A stretch of DNA of 63,927 bases, the filler included, from Atractiella rhizophila (lineage: Eukaryota): assembly GCA_021432655.1 (NCBI GenBank). It is 4 parts of 4 records of this genome, joined end to end, with 100 filler letters (N's around TTAATTAATTAA, not from the genome) between each part and the next. Parts side by side here need not be neighbours in the genome. Positions count along the whole stretch, not along the records: positions 1 to 14,119 come from MU271453.1; 3 more parts are not named here. One strand, 5' to 3'. Numbering within the stretch: position 1 is the first letter of the stretch; each line of letters begins with the position of its first letter. The notes beneath the pieces are model-generated. The model searched no databases and was not told where the DNA came from. It saw only the letters and a list, made by a program, of their open reading frames with translations. Positions 1 to 12,179 of this stretch are shown piece after piece. A program made the position numbers and the translations under genes.

Positions 1-348
1 ACGACATGCCCTCCTTCGATTCAGATTCACACTCAGTACCTCTCCCTTTCTTTCTGCTGAGATCTCTTGCGTGTAGACTAACTATTAATACCTTCTCTCC
101 CACGAATATATGAGCATCTTAAGTTTTGTCTCGCAATACGTGAACGGATCTGGAAAATAATGATGCCCTCATCCCCCCTTCCACTTCATTGGGATTGATG
201 TTTCATATGGTTGGCTGCCTCGCCTTTCGGCTACGTCTATGCGAACTAGCAAGCAAAATAAGAACATCCAAAGTATTCCCTGGAAGCTGAGCTAGGCAAC
301 GAGGTCGTCTTCGAAGCGAGTGAGATGATATATACAGGTGTGGTCGAG

Positions 349-2559
349 TTACGATTGCTCTGCTGCAGGTTTTGGTTCTGAAATTGACGAAGGGAACACT
401 TTATAAGGTGAGAGTATACCTAGCAAAGTGTGTCACTAGTTATGCCATGGTGAAAGAAAATGGGATGAACATACTTTTAGGATCGAATATCTTCTTGATC
501 ATACGCATCCGGTCGACAGTGCTCGCCTCCTGCGAGTACTCAATAAACGGGGCTTTTTGTAATCCGAGTCCATGTTCAGCGGATATCGATCTTATCGCCT
601 CGTCAGTTTATCGAGGAGAACAGACGGAGAAAGCTGTACCCTCGCTGCCGTGAAGTCTCTTCAAATACCCAAGGCTCCATAATCTCCTCGATTTTGGGGT
701 CATAACGACTAGCAATGACGTTCTATCGCATCAAAACACAATTCAGTCTTGTTTCTTCTCTACAAGATGGAGAAAGAGCACAAGGGAAGACAAACCAAAT
801 GAATATTCCCATCTCCCACATGTCCAAACCCAATACACCGCCTAATGACATCGTCTCCCAAACCATGTTCCTTAAACCGCTTTCTCATCTTCTCCACCAC
901 ACTGTACATCTCCCGGACGGGCAGCGACAGGTCGTACTTGTACACCTTACCCAACTTGGCACCATTCTCAGCTATTGATTCTCGGATCGCCCACAGCTGT
1001 TGCAATTGGGTTTCGTCTGCCGCTACAACTCCATTGGTAATTAATTCTTCTGTCATGAGCGATTCAAGGTGATCTTGCAATTTCTGCATCCCAGCGTTAG
1101 AACTCTTGACTACGAGTGTTGGAACGGAAATCACTTCATCGTCATGTTCCTTCCTGCTCCCACTCGTCTCAATCAAAATATAAAATCCCTCTTTGGCCAC
1201 ATCATCTTGTTCGAACGGTGCTCTCATGTCTGAGAAAGTTTGTACGATATCGAGGGAGTCGGGATCGAAAAACTCAAAGGCGCTCAAAATCTCGGACAGG
1301 GATGACTTTGTGCGTATGAACACCTTTAGGAGATCTTCCCAGCTCGAGACAGAGAGGAGGGCAACTCCTGTTGACTGTTTGGATGATTAGGTTGCACTAT
1401 CGAAACGGATTAGCAGAAACGGACCTTGGGACGCTGAGGAGCCAGGATGCAAGCGCCAGTTACAATTCCGAGTGTACCTTCGGCACCAATGAAGAGTTGC
1501 TTGAGGTCGTAACCTATTACCATAGCACACCATCAGCCACTCGTTCCATAGATCCACGCTTTTACTAGAGAAGTTAAAGTTATACCAGTATTATCCTTGC
1601 GCAATCCACCCATCCCCATTCTCAACACAGTACCCTCCTCATCAGGCAACACAACTTCCAATCCTAACACATTCCCGTGCAATGATCCATAGCGGAGGAG
1701 ACGTAGCCCGCCGGCATTCGTGGAGATGTTACCACCAATTTGACACCTGAAGCGGAGAGAGTTTAGAGCTGGAGCGTGAGAAGAGGGAAGACTGACGAGC
1801 CCTTCGCGCCTAGATCGAGGCTGAATTCTTACGTGAGGAATATAAATGAAGAGGAGAAGAGGGCGACGCACGGGAAGATGTAGCCTTTGGCGGCTAGGTA
1901 GTCGTCTACATTCTGCAGCACACACCCAGCATCGAGCGTAATCACGCCTGTTTGTCTTCCCTCAAGCTAACTCTTCTGCACCAAAGGAGGACATACCAGA
2001 TACCTCATCGAATGATCGGATGATGTTCATCCCGCTCAGATTGAGGACTAGCTCGTCATGCACTGGCACACTGCCGCCTACCAAGCCAGTGTTCCCGCCT
2101 TGCGGTACTCTGTTTACCACATCATCATCAGAGAAGCAAGAAAGGAGAAGGACACAAACACGGCAATGTTTTGTTTGTAGCAATACGCAAGCAGCTTTGA
2201 GACTTCCTCTGTTCTCTTAGGGCGGACAACAGCAACTGAGTCCAACAATCACCTTCCCTTCCTCATAAATCCATCAAAAACAACACACCGCTTCTCCCCT
2301 TGTACTTCCCCATCCAATCCTCATTATATCCACCCAGTTCTACTTCTTCCACTTCCTTCCAACCAGCCTCATCGACTGCTGCAGGTTTTAGAGACGTGAT
2401 CACATTTGAGTCTGGATTCGAGATCACGCTTCGGAAGAATGTTATGTCTCCCGCGTCGAGGGTCTTATACTGCTTCTTGCGCGGTGGAACTGTTGAGTTC
2501 CAGCGTTTTGAAGCTCTGGAAAGCTGCAAAAGTTGCTGAGGCAGTCGAAATGGTCGCAT
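349..2559 (-). CDS. DLD2: Mitochondrial FAD-linked D-2-hydroxyglutarate/D-lactate dehydrogenase (DLD2/D2HGDH family), multi-exon
   Basis: Exon motifs [75 protein letters not shown] and ISAEHGLG. Arg-rich N-terminal presequence. Last exon read manually as ..[13 protein letters not shown], stop at 349-351. Confidence 0.93.
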
Positions 2560-3756
2560 CTCTCAACTTTTATCGTCTGTCCAGACAAACTCAACAACGA
2601 CCGCCTTTATATTTTATATTTATTTCTGTACAAATATGCAATGGCCCAATATCCTTCGCACGATCAGAAGACGCAATCCCTCAGCCGGGTCCACGATCTG
2701 CGTCTCAATCCTCCTCCACGAGCCTGACACTATTAACCGAGACTGGGCGCCAACTAACGCGACGAAGCCACATCGAGTGGATGAATGATCGCTACAACGG
2801 GAAGAGGTGTATTTTTACACAATGGATTGCTGGCGTGCACTGGTGCCACGTATTGGAGGCGAGAGATGTCATATCGGATCATCGAATGATCGGATGGTGT
2901 TCATCCCGCTCAGATTGAGGACTAGCTCGTCATGCACTGGCACACTGCCGCCTACCAAGCCAGTGTTCCCGCCTTGCGGTACTCTGTTTACCACATCATC
3001 ATCAGAGAAGCAAGAAAGGAGAAGGACACAAACACGGCAATGTTTTGTTTGTAGCAATATGCAAGCAGCTTTGAGACTTCCTCTGTTCTCTTAGGGCGGA
3101 CAACAGCAACTGAGTCCATAATCACCTTCCCTTCCTCATAAATCCATCAAAAATAACACACCGCTTCTCCCCTTGTACTTCCCCATCCAATCCTCATTAT
3201 ATCCACCCAGTTCTACTTCTTCCACTTCCTTCCAACCAGCCTCATCGACTGCTGCAGGTTTTAGAGACGTGATCACATTTGAGTCTGGATTCGAGATCAC
3301 GCTTCGGAAGAATGTTATGTCTCCCGCGTCGAGGGTCTTATACTGCTTCTTGCGCGGTGGAACTGTTGAGTTCCAGCGTTTTGAAGCTCTGGAAAGCTGC
3401 AAAAGTTGCTGAGGCAGTCGAAATGGTCGCATCTCTCAACTTCTATCAAGTGGTCCAGACACACAAACTCAACAACGAACCCGTCTTTATATTTTATATT
3501 GATTTCTGTACAAATATGCAATGGCCCATATCCTTCGCACGATCAGAAGACGCAATCCCTCAGCCGGGTCCACGATCTGCGTCTCAATATTCCTCCACGA
3601 GCATGACACTATTAACCGAGACTGGGCGCCAACTAACGCGACCAAGCCACATCGAGTGGATGAATGATCGCTACAACGGGAAGAGGTGTATTTTTACACA
3701 ATGGATTGCTGGCGTGCACTGGTGCCACGTATTGGAGGCGAGAGATGTCATATCGG
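2005..3756. repeat. Direct tandem duplication, unit ~875 bp (2005-2877 and 2879-3756)
   Basis: Identical 98-aa ORFs at 2263-2559 and 3136-3432. The nucleotide copies match apart from SNPs and small indels. Junction atatcgg-a-tcatcgaatg. Confidence 0.95.
2879..3432 (-). pseudogene. 5' fragment copy of the DLD2-like gene, truncated at the duplication junction
   Basis: Repeats the first exons up to ..IRSFD and then runs into junction sequence (..DDPI*). Confidence 0.8.
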
Positions 3757-4696
3757 CGCGTTGTCTGGTCCAAGGCGGGAACGGTTATTGTATTGAATAG
3801 CAATTTGGGATGGACAGGGTAGCGCGTTGAGCAGGCTCAACTTGGTGTCAGCGGATTTCCTAAGAGAAGGATATCTGAACCTGTTCCCTTCGCTACTCAA
3901 GTACCACTTTGACAATGGCATGTTGGGCTTTCTGCCCAATATCGAAGTTTTACAATTCCTGGTTCTTATTGAGGAAGGACATCGGCGATTTCGCGAGGAT
4001 TCCATCTCGAGGGGGCATCCAGATCCTGGCAGAATGCCCTATTCGTCATTTTACGGAAAATTCGAAGGCTCTGGCACATATTAGGACGTATATTTCAAGA
4101 GGCGCATAGTCGACTTTGAGCGTGTCTTTAGAGTCCTCGACCGCAAGCTTTGTTATACCGACTCCGGAGCACCCATAGGCGACGATGACTTCCCTCAACT
4201 CAAGTTATATCTTGCTTTAACAGTTGTAATCTGGATTCAAGCAGAACGTCGGAACAGGACGTTCAGTAGTGCCACGGCCAACCCATTTGTTGGTTTTTCT
4301 TTTTATGCAGCTGGAAACTGAGTGCGTATTTAGGTCAACGTGTCACTAGCCATTTATCTGAAGGATTTATGGATGTGTCCGCTGAGTAGGCGCCTGTTGG
4401 ACTCTCAGCGGCCAACCTCTCTTCCGCCTCAAGGAGTCTGGCCATATGCTACAACTGCACCAGACTTGACTTTATTCACAGGATTCACAGGAGCCACAGC
4501 AACAAATCCTCATCCTCCCAATCCTCCAGGGTCGTCCCCCACCCAATTTCCTGTTCCGATTTGGACTTTGCCTGAATTTGTTTTCCAAGAAATGCCAGCA
4601 AAGGAACGATATGTGGGAATGACGACAGAAGAAGCGGTGTCGCGTGAGCTTGCGAGGAGGGGAATGACGACGACAGTAACTTCTGAAGAAACTTAA
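3516..4696 (+). pseudogene. HNH-endonuclease-like (HNH_2-type) gene with an in-frame stop
   Basis: RCIFTQWIAGVHWCHVL...LNLFPSLLKYHFDNGMLGFLP resembles C..T....HI / N..L...H..FD.G..P. TAG at 4082-4084 is followed by an open frame (DVYFKRRIVDFERVF...). Phase-0 intron 4289-4333 joins in frame to ORF 4340-4696. The first intron (~3760-3800) is uncertain. Confidence 0.5.
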
Positions 4697-5329
4697 TCCA
4701 AGCGTGGCAAATGAAGACAGAATGTTTATCGTGGGTCGAAAAATGTATGGGTGTCGACTTTCTCACTGGACTCGTGAACACGTTTTATCAAAACCGTTTC
4801 TTCGGGCTTTGCAGGGCTTTAAAGCGTATACATCGACGATTTATGTCGGATTACAACTTCCATTGTGGGAAGATATACGAACCAGCCTGTATGTATGAAA
4901 ACCAAATAACGTAATGCACAAAATACATGTGTCTATCTATTTACGATCACTTGGACATCAATAGCCTCCCCCTTCACCCCTTCACTGTAACCCCGTTGTT
5001 ACTCGTTGCAGGGATAAAGTCGCCTGTCCAAACGCACTCCTCCTATCCTTCGTCACCACTCCCCTGCCCTGAAAGCCCACAAAGTGCACATCACTAGGTG
5101 GCTTCGTGAACGACATTCCCACTTGCGCCGGGGTTGATCATAAACGGCGAGGCGGATGCAGGGAGTGGAGATGGTGCCATGCCCTCTGTAAGGGGAGGTG
5201 TCCATGGAGAGAGCGATCGTGGACCGTTGTGCGTAGTCTTGAACTAGACGGACTTCAAGAAAGTAACGACGCCTTTGGGAATTGCTTGGGCTTTGGTCAG
5301 GATTTGCTGGCGTAGATTGGGACATCAGA

Positions 5330-7440
5330 ATGAAGCCTTCTCTTCCTGAGAAAGATTTGGGTCCCCAGATCAGCGTAGCAGTGGGAATATCTGTTTCTCT
5401 TGTCGCCTCCCTTTTCCAATCGTTAGGTGCAGGTCTCCTCTTCCCATTGTCTGATCTCATCGGTATACAGGCCTCACCATCCAGCGGAAATCCCATCTGC
5501 AAAATGAGGCACTACCTTCCTCCAAACGCCGTAGCGATTGGAAGCGACCGTAAGCTATATCCTCGCTTTATTGGGTACGCGTTATGAGAGGCTGCTGGCT
5601 GAGCACGCCTTGTCTGAAGGTTGTGGCTCGTGGGCTTCGGCGTGTTCATTGTCTCCAACATTCTCTCGACTGTCTTTCAGCTCTCCGCATTACCAATTGT
5701 CATCCTCGCCCCTTTAGGAGCTGTACGTCGACTCCTGCTCTTTTCGACTCTTTAGTGTGTTTTTAATTGGAAGAACAGGTTTCTCTCATTTACAATGCCT
5801 TCTGTGCTCGTCTTATACTAGGAGACGTCTTCTCCCGCTACCTAGCAATTGGAACACTTTTTGTTGCTGGTGGAGGTACGCAGTTTTGCTTTTCTCTCTA
5901 GTAGTGCGAGAGTTCCGACGTGTTAATGGGTGGAAAGCTGTCATGGTCGCGCTCTTCGGCGTCGTCCCTGAGCCGTCTCACACTCTCCCACAGCTAATAG
6001 CACTCTACACACGCCCTGCCTTCCTCGCCTGGATCAGCGTGTTTTCGTTCCTCGTCATCTGTCTCCTTCTCATTGTTAGTTTCTCCTCCCCTTTCCCACC
6101 GTACTTTCCCGTTAGCTGACTGCTCGGATGCATGGATCGTAGAGCCACGTATCAGAGTACTCGCTACGGAGACAAATGATAGACTTAGAAGCCAGCCTCC
6201 TGTCCTCCGATCCAACCTCACAGGCGATACACAAACAGCTACTTCTTCGGCGGAGCCAAGGACGTGTCCCCATACAACGACCACTTCGTTTTCATAAACG
6301 ATATCACTCTCTAGACTCGTCCCGCATCCTTCCTCCCCTCCCGCTTCCCACTTCTCGAACAAATATCGTTAGAAGTGCAGGCGGGCAGGTGGAAGGGGAG
6401 GAAGCTAAAGTAGAGGCGATGGATAGGAAGAAGGTGGAAAGGTTGCAATTTCTCGTAGGTGCAGGATACGGGGCGAGCAGTGGATGCTTGAGTGGGCTAT
6501 GCTTGTTATTCGCCAAAACGGGTACTGTCACTCCTTCATTATTTTCCATCACACGCTGACTTTCGTACCCATGAAAGGCACGGAGCTCCTAATTCAATCT
6601 ATCGCTGGACCACAGAATCATTTCAAGCATCCCGAGCCTTGGGCAATAGTCATCGTACTCCTACTTGCAGCAATCGCGCAGCTGTTCTACCTCAATCGTG
6701 CTCTCACGTTCGGAGGACCGACTTTTGTGTGCCCACTCGCATTCATGTTTTATAACTTGTCGTCAATCATCTCTGGCCTGTTCTATTACGACGAATGGCG
6801 CCTCCTCTCTCCATCCCACATCGCCTTGGTCTTCACAGGAACTATCGTCCTTCTCCTTGGGGTATGGATCGTTTCCCTCCAGGACAGTGATCCGAAGCGA
6901 ACAACTAGCCAACCCGTAGTACCCACAGAACAAACCGCATTGTTGCCGGCGCGTGGCCCTAGAGCCGGACACGATGATGAGGAAGAAAGTGACGACAGCT
7001 CATCGGACAGCGAAGATGAGGAAGGAGAACGCAGGTCGTCCCTCCTCAACTCCTACCGAGGCTTTGCAATCGGAATTTCAGCTTCTTCTCCGGGATTCTC
7101 CATCCGTCCCTCTCTCCCTCGTCCCAATCGACAGACGAAAAGATCTGTCACTTATTCTGGAGCAGACAGCGCACATCATCCTTATCCTTCTGGTTCTCCA
7201 CCACGCATGGACGGAGAGGAAGCAACCATCCTTGGACCACCGCTTGAACGCACAGTTAGCGAAACAGACTCGGAACTCGCAAGGGGAGAGCGAGAGAGGA
7301 GACGGGTGGGAAGACACCGCTCGTTGGCTGGGGACCCTTATGTAGGCTTTAGACGGGCAAGTGGAGATGGGAGAGCCATGATTGGGGGAAGAATGAGAAG
7401 GAGCTCATTGAGAGAGGTAGATACGGAAGAGGAACGATAG
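5330..7440 (+). CDS. NIPA-family magnesium transporter (DMT superfamily), multi-exon
   Basis: VAVGISVSLVASLFQSLG, ALPIVILAPLG and QLFYLNRAL..FVCPLAFMFYNLSSIISGLFYYDEW. Many hydrophobic helices and a disordered C-tail. Confidence 0.85.
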
Positions 7441-7614
7441 CATTGCACCTGAAAACGGCAATTGTCAGTTCATTGTAAATCGGTTCATGCATTCGTTCGT
7501 TTTTTCGTCTGTAGGCAAGTGCTTTCGTTTACATAACTCTTGAAGTGAATGTAACATTATACCCCCTCCTTATTCTCCTCCGTTATTTGGGCTCGCAGCC
7601 TAATTATACAACCG

Positions 7615-8651
7615 TTACATCCTAGCGACCCAACCTGCTCCAACATGATTAGAATCCAGGAACCTCTTCAGCTCGTCTATCAGTCTTTCCGGCTCCAGCT
7701 CCTGAATACTGTGTCCGCATGGCAAGCCCTTGCCCTCGACCTTGAATCCCTCCGAAGTCTTCTCCCTCCAAACCTGGACAGGATCCCAAAGCTTCCCAAT
7801 GATCCCTTCCTCACCCCAGAGCACAAGTACATCCGTCTTCATCTTCTTTCCCTCCCTCTCATCCGCCTCGTCAAGTTCCAAATCTATGCTCGCGCTCGCT
7901 CGATAGTCTTCACAGATCGCGTGGACGGCGCCAGGCAGACTGTTTGTGCGGTGATATTCTTGTTCGAGCTGGGAACGGATTGGCGTGGGAGGACGGAGAG
8001 CAGCTTGCTTTTCGAGCTGGGATTGGAGGTATTCTCGTTGGTTCGCTTCAATCATTCTGTTCACAAAATCGCATCAAAAGCCTGGTAAGCTTGGAGCTTC
8101 ATACCTTTCAGGCCACGGATAAGGTTGGATGAGAAAGAACCACCATATATATTTTGTCGCAAATTCCTTATAGTCTTTAGGGGAGCGATACATGGTCAAC
8201 GTAGGGGCGATATCCAGCAGAACGACCTTCTCGACTCTATCAGGGAAATCCACTGCGAGTCGATGTGCCACCCTCGAGCCTCGATCATGACTGACTATCG
8301 TGAATCGTTTGAAACCAAAGTTGTCCATGACCTTTACCGAATCGTTTGCCATCTCTCTCTTCGTGTACAGTCTGTGCTCTGTATCGCCCTCATCGAAAGG
8401 CTTGGAGGAGTCTCCGTATCCCCTCAAGTCGTGAAGCACGACGGTATATCCAGCTTTCTCAAGAACGGGAGCGATGGCGTGCCATGTTGAGAGTGTTTGC
8501 GGGTTCCCATGTATCAAGAGGACGGGAGGACCGGTGCGGGAGGGTGAGATGGCGTGTGGATGTGGATTGGAGGAGAAGTAGAAGTTTGGATGTGTGAAAA
8601 GGTGTACGTAGGGTAGAGAGACTTTGCGAGTTCACTCGTTGTGAGCGACAT
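7615..8651 (-). CDS. Alpha/beta hydrolase, fluoroacetate/haloacetate dehalogenase-like; one intron; apparent frameshift near 8555
   Basis: LLIHGNPQT, DLRGYGDSSKP, YTKREMAND, SHDRGSRVAHRL, LLDIAPT, HAICEDYRA and CGH motifs. The single intron splits PER|MIEAN. C-terminus ..VARM. Confidence 0.85.
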
Positions 8652-9366
8652 GGTTTCTTCAGAAAGACAAAGACAATGTCAAGATCAAAGTTTGATGAGG
8701 AAGCAGCAGCACTAAATATCCAACTCTGCTGCTTTTATAGTTTTCGGACGAATCTGTTTCGTCAGCTGTTCCATGCAAGTATTTATTAACTTGTATTAAC
8801 TGTCGCAAGAGCTCAATCGTTTAAAGCTGTCAGCACAAGTTAAGGTAACGCTGGCGGTTGTGCGTAAGACCGAATAGTCCGAGGCGTGGTAGCATCAACC
8901 TCATTTCGATACTCGACTCGAGCGCTCCAAAATGTGAAGCCAGAAATCTGCTATCATGCAGGAAACATCCTTGAAATTTGATGAATATGACAACAGCATG
9001 AACATACTCTAGCCCAGTAGGCAAAGTGAGTACCCACCACTTGATGCGACTCAGATCTTGCAACACTCAAGGCCCTTGTGTGGAATATCTGTGGGAGAAC
9101 ACTCTCAAATGGCTGTACTACAATCAGGGGGTGATCCAGGTCAAAGTTCCCTTGTTTGAGCCGCAGCAATAGCAATCTGACTAAGCACAACTTGAAGTGA
9201 ACCTAATTATGTGCGGTCTTCCAAGTGGTGCATTTTCTTTATTTCTTTTCATGTATAGAGTCAAGAATACTGCTGAAAAGATGCCAAGGTTGCCAATAAT
9301 GGGCTCCCGAGCTCGCGAAAATATTTCCTGTCTACAAAGAGAAACGGTCCACTGTAAAGCAATGCT

Positions 9367-10661
9367 TCAATCCTGCAACACCAGTTCGGGCTGCTGAAGA
9401 AAAGATGGTACAAAGACATTCTGAAAGCCCGGATTTCGAACTTCACTTGCATACTGCGCACGGTGTCAACCACACCACAGTGTCAGAAAGTAGATGCTTA
9501 CTTCTCTCTCAACGCACATATCTCCTCCTGAAGGACCCACATGAACGCAGTGCACATCTGGTCTAAGTGTGCAATATGTCAGCTGCCTCCTCTTCTTATA
9601 GTTTAATACAAATAATACCTCGTGAGAACCATTGCTCGATGGATATATCGACAGAATGTAGTATCTTGACCCAATGCCCAAGGATCTCCCAGCTCTCTTT
9701 CAGTCATGAGAAAATTCACACATCCGTCAAAGTCGTCGTACTGCTTGTTGCTCCCCAAACAGTATGCCATTGCCCTACTGGACATTCAACCACGCTATCT
9801 GAACGGGCTGTGGAGTACGCACACTTCGCACGTATCCACGGCCGCTCTCATCTTGATCAGGTTGCTGCTGGACAAGATTTGCTCTCCTTTCCTAAAACGT
9901 CCAGCAGTCATACTAACTGTCCGATCCCCATTGTCGCCTTCCTCAACAGAATAGCCCAATTCGTTTGCGATAGGCTTTAGAAGGTAGGGAAAAGCCTCCT
10001 GCACGGACCAAGCATAACGACGGAAGGTGAAATCGTAAGCTGTCATTTTCGTAGGGTTTGAAGGGTCGTATTTAAGCCATGCATCGATTTGGATGGGCTG
10101 GTAAGGCATTCCGTCCACGCCATAGTCATATTCTGCTATCAGGGACCAGGAGACAATGGATTCCGTCAATGTGAGAGCGCTGAAAACCTGTCAGTGTTCA
10201 TCAACTGCATCTGAACTAGAGGGGTACATGATTTTCGTGTCGCGAGCGACAGGAACAAGACGGGTAGTGTTGATCGATCCTTGGTACCCGAAAACACCTG
10301 AAAAAAATGTTTAACTCAAACCGCAGAAACTGTGAAGCAACTTTGTACCAAAGATGTACTCAGTGTTCAGCTCTGCGCCGTCATACTCATTGGTCACATC
10401 CACTCTCCCAACAACGTCGTCAGAAAAGCCTTCCCAGACACCAGCACTTGCAATCGGCGCTGGATTTAGGTAAGCCTCCCCCAGTCTATGAACATTCGCC
10501 TTTCCAGACACTCAGCGAAAGGACTGGATGGATGGAAGAAGACTTGCAAGTAGCACGGCTGGGTTGATTGATTGGCTGGTTGCTATCGCAGGACGAGCAT
10601 AACCAGTACGAGCGAGGAGAAAGAGAGCGCCATAAAGGAGGAAAGTAGTGAGCGGCGCCAT
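9367..10661 (-). CDS. Secreted fungal protein of unknown function with Cys-rich C-terminal domain, multi-exon
   Basis: Signal peptide MAPLTTFLLYGALFLLARTGYA from ATG 10661. Motifs FSDDVVGRVD..GAELNTEYIFG, CLGSNKQY..C, CRYIH and RPDVHCVHVGPSGGDMC. Last exon ends ..LVLQD*. Confidence 0.75.
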
Positions 10662-12179
10662 TGACGGAGCTTGAGCTCAAAGGGCTGTCGAGGGAAAATT
10701 CTCTCCATTCCCATTCGCTTTAAGCGCTTTCATGAGACTCTTCGAGGTACATGTACACAAGTTCAAACATTAGTCAAACAAGGCGAGCAAGAATTGCGGC
10801 AGACTATGGACAAGAATGGACGCGAAAATCACTAAAAGGTATTGGGAAACTGCTTATCTAAATTCTGAGGTAAATCAAAATCAAGTGCTAGCCTAATTTT
10901 CTAGTCTGCCAGGGCTACTGGCAGTGTTAATTCCCTTTATTGGCCAGGTTATTATCGGAACTCTGCGCAATCTACAAGCCCCAACAGATACAACCGGCAT
11001 GTTTGGCATCCGAAAATCTCCAACTAGTCTTGGAAAACATGTCGCCCATCACTTCCTACTTACTAAAATCGCGTTACCACCTTATCAGCCACACGCAGTG
11101 GCGGACATCATATCTAAGGCGATTCAAGCGAGGAGCTAAGGTCCGCTGTCGGATAGCTGTATTTGAACGAACGCTGTCGTATGTCTGTAAAGACAACACG
11201 AGGCTCCAAAGGAGTGACAGACTAAGAAATGAGGTCACTATTACCTTTCCTGTTTGGCCTACACCTCGAGAGGGTACCAAGTTAAAAGAGTACTTGGATC
11301 ATAAAACAACGAGTCCTTTCGAAGTATGGGGTTTAATTCGCCCAATCACATATTGACGTTGATTTCAAATGTTGAAATGTTGAGAACTCGCATATATGAA
11401 GACAGTTGACTACCCCTGTGGTTGAAAATGACACGGAGATGCAGGTCTTCCCTCATAAACATCTTTTGGGAGGATAGGGCTATCGAATTATAATTGCAGT
11501 TTAGGTAACAGGCAGGCTCACACTTGAATCGATTCAAAAGTTCAGCCCTTCCCCTTTCCTCAAAGTCTTGTCACCGTCACATTGTCTACCTTTCGAAAAG
11601 CGAGTAAGCATCTATTCAATACCTTCTCAGCGAGGTGCACATGCAGCTTGGCGAGCGTGATTCACAACGTAACTGCACCGCTTTTCTGTTTGAAGGACAG
11701 GATGAACTGAAAGAGAAGCTGTAACACGCGCGATCGCGCGCTCATGTGCGCTCCTCCAAGGAGACACATCACGAATATTAGAATTGACGGTCTATGATTT
11801 ACTGAGATGATCGAATTTACATAGTGCCAGTGAAAGGTGAGCTGATTTGACTTTTCAAAGTCCCTTTTCAATTGGGTCCTCTGGGCAAACCCAGCATCGG
11901 ACTGGGTAGAAGTACAATACTACTGGCGTCTCCCGAATAAGAGGACTTTATCAGTAAACGCATACGCGTAATGTTGAGGGATTTGAATGCCATAAAAGAA
12001 TTCAAGAATTCTTTCAAGCAGATCAAGCTCCAGGCTAAAATTATTGAGGCATAAGGACGGCGTCTGACTTTCTCCCAGCCTTTTTCCCAAATTCTAATCC
12101 GTACATTTCCCAGCAGTGAAAAATATATCTTTTCTCTTTCGGCTACATCAGACGCGTAACAGGTCTCTAAAGTGCTGAA

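Noticed and set aside
10580..10633. Apparent frameshifted signal peptide MALSFSSLVLVMLVLR*
   Set aside because: The upstream ATG at 10661 gives an intact in-frame signal peptide.
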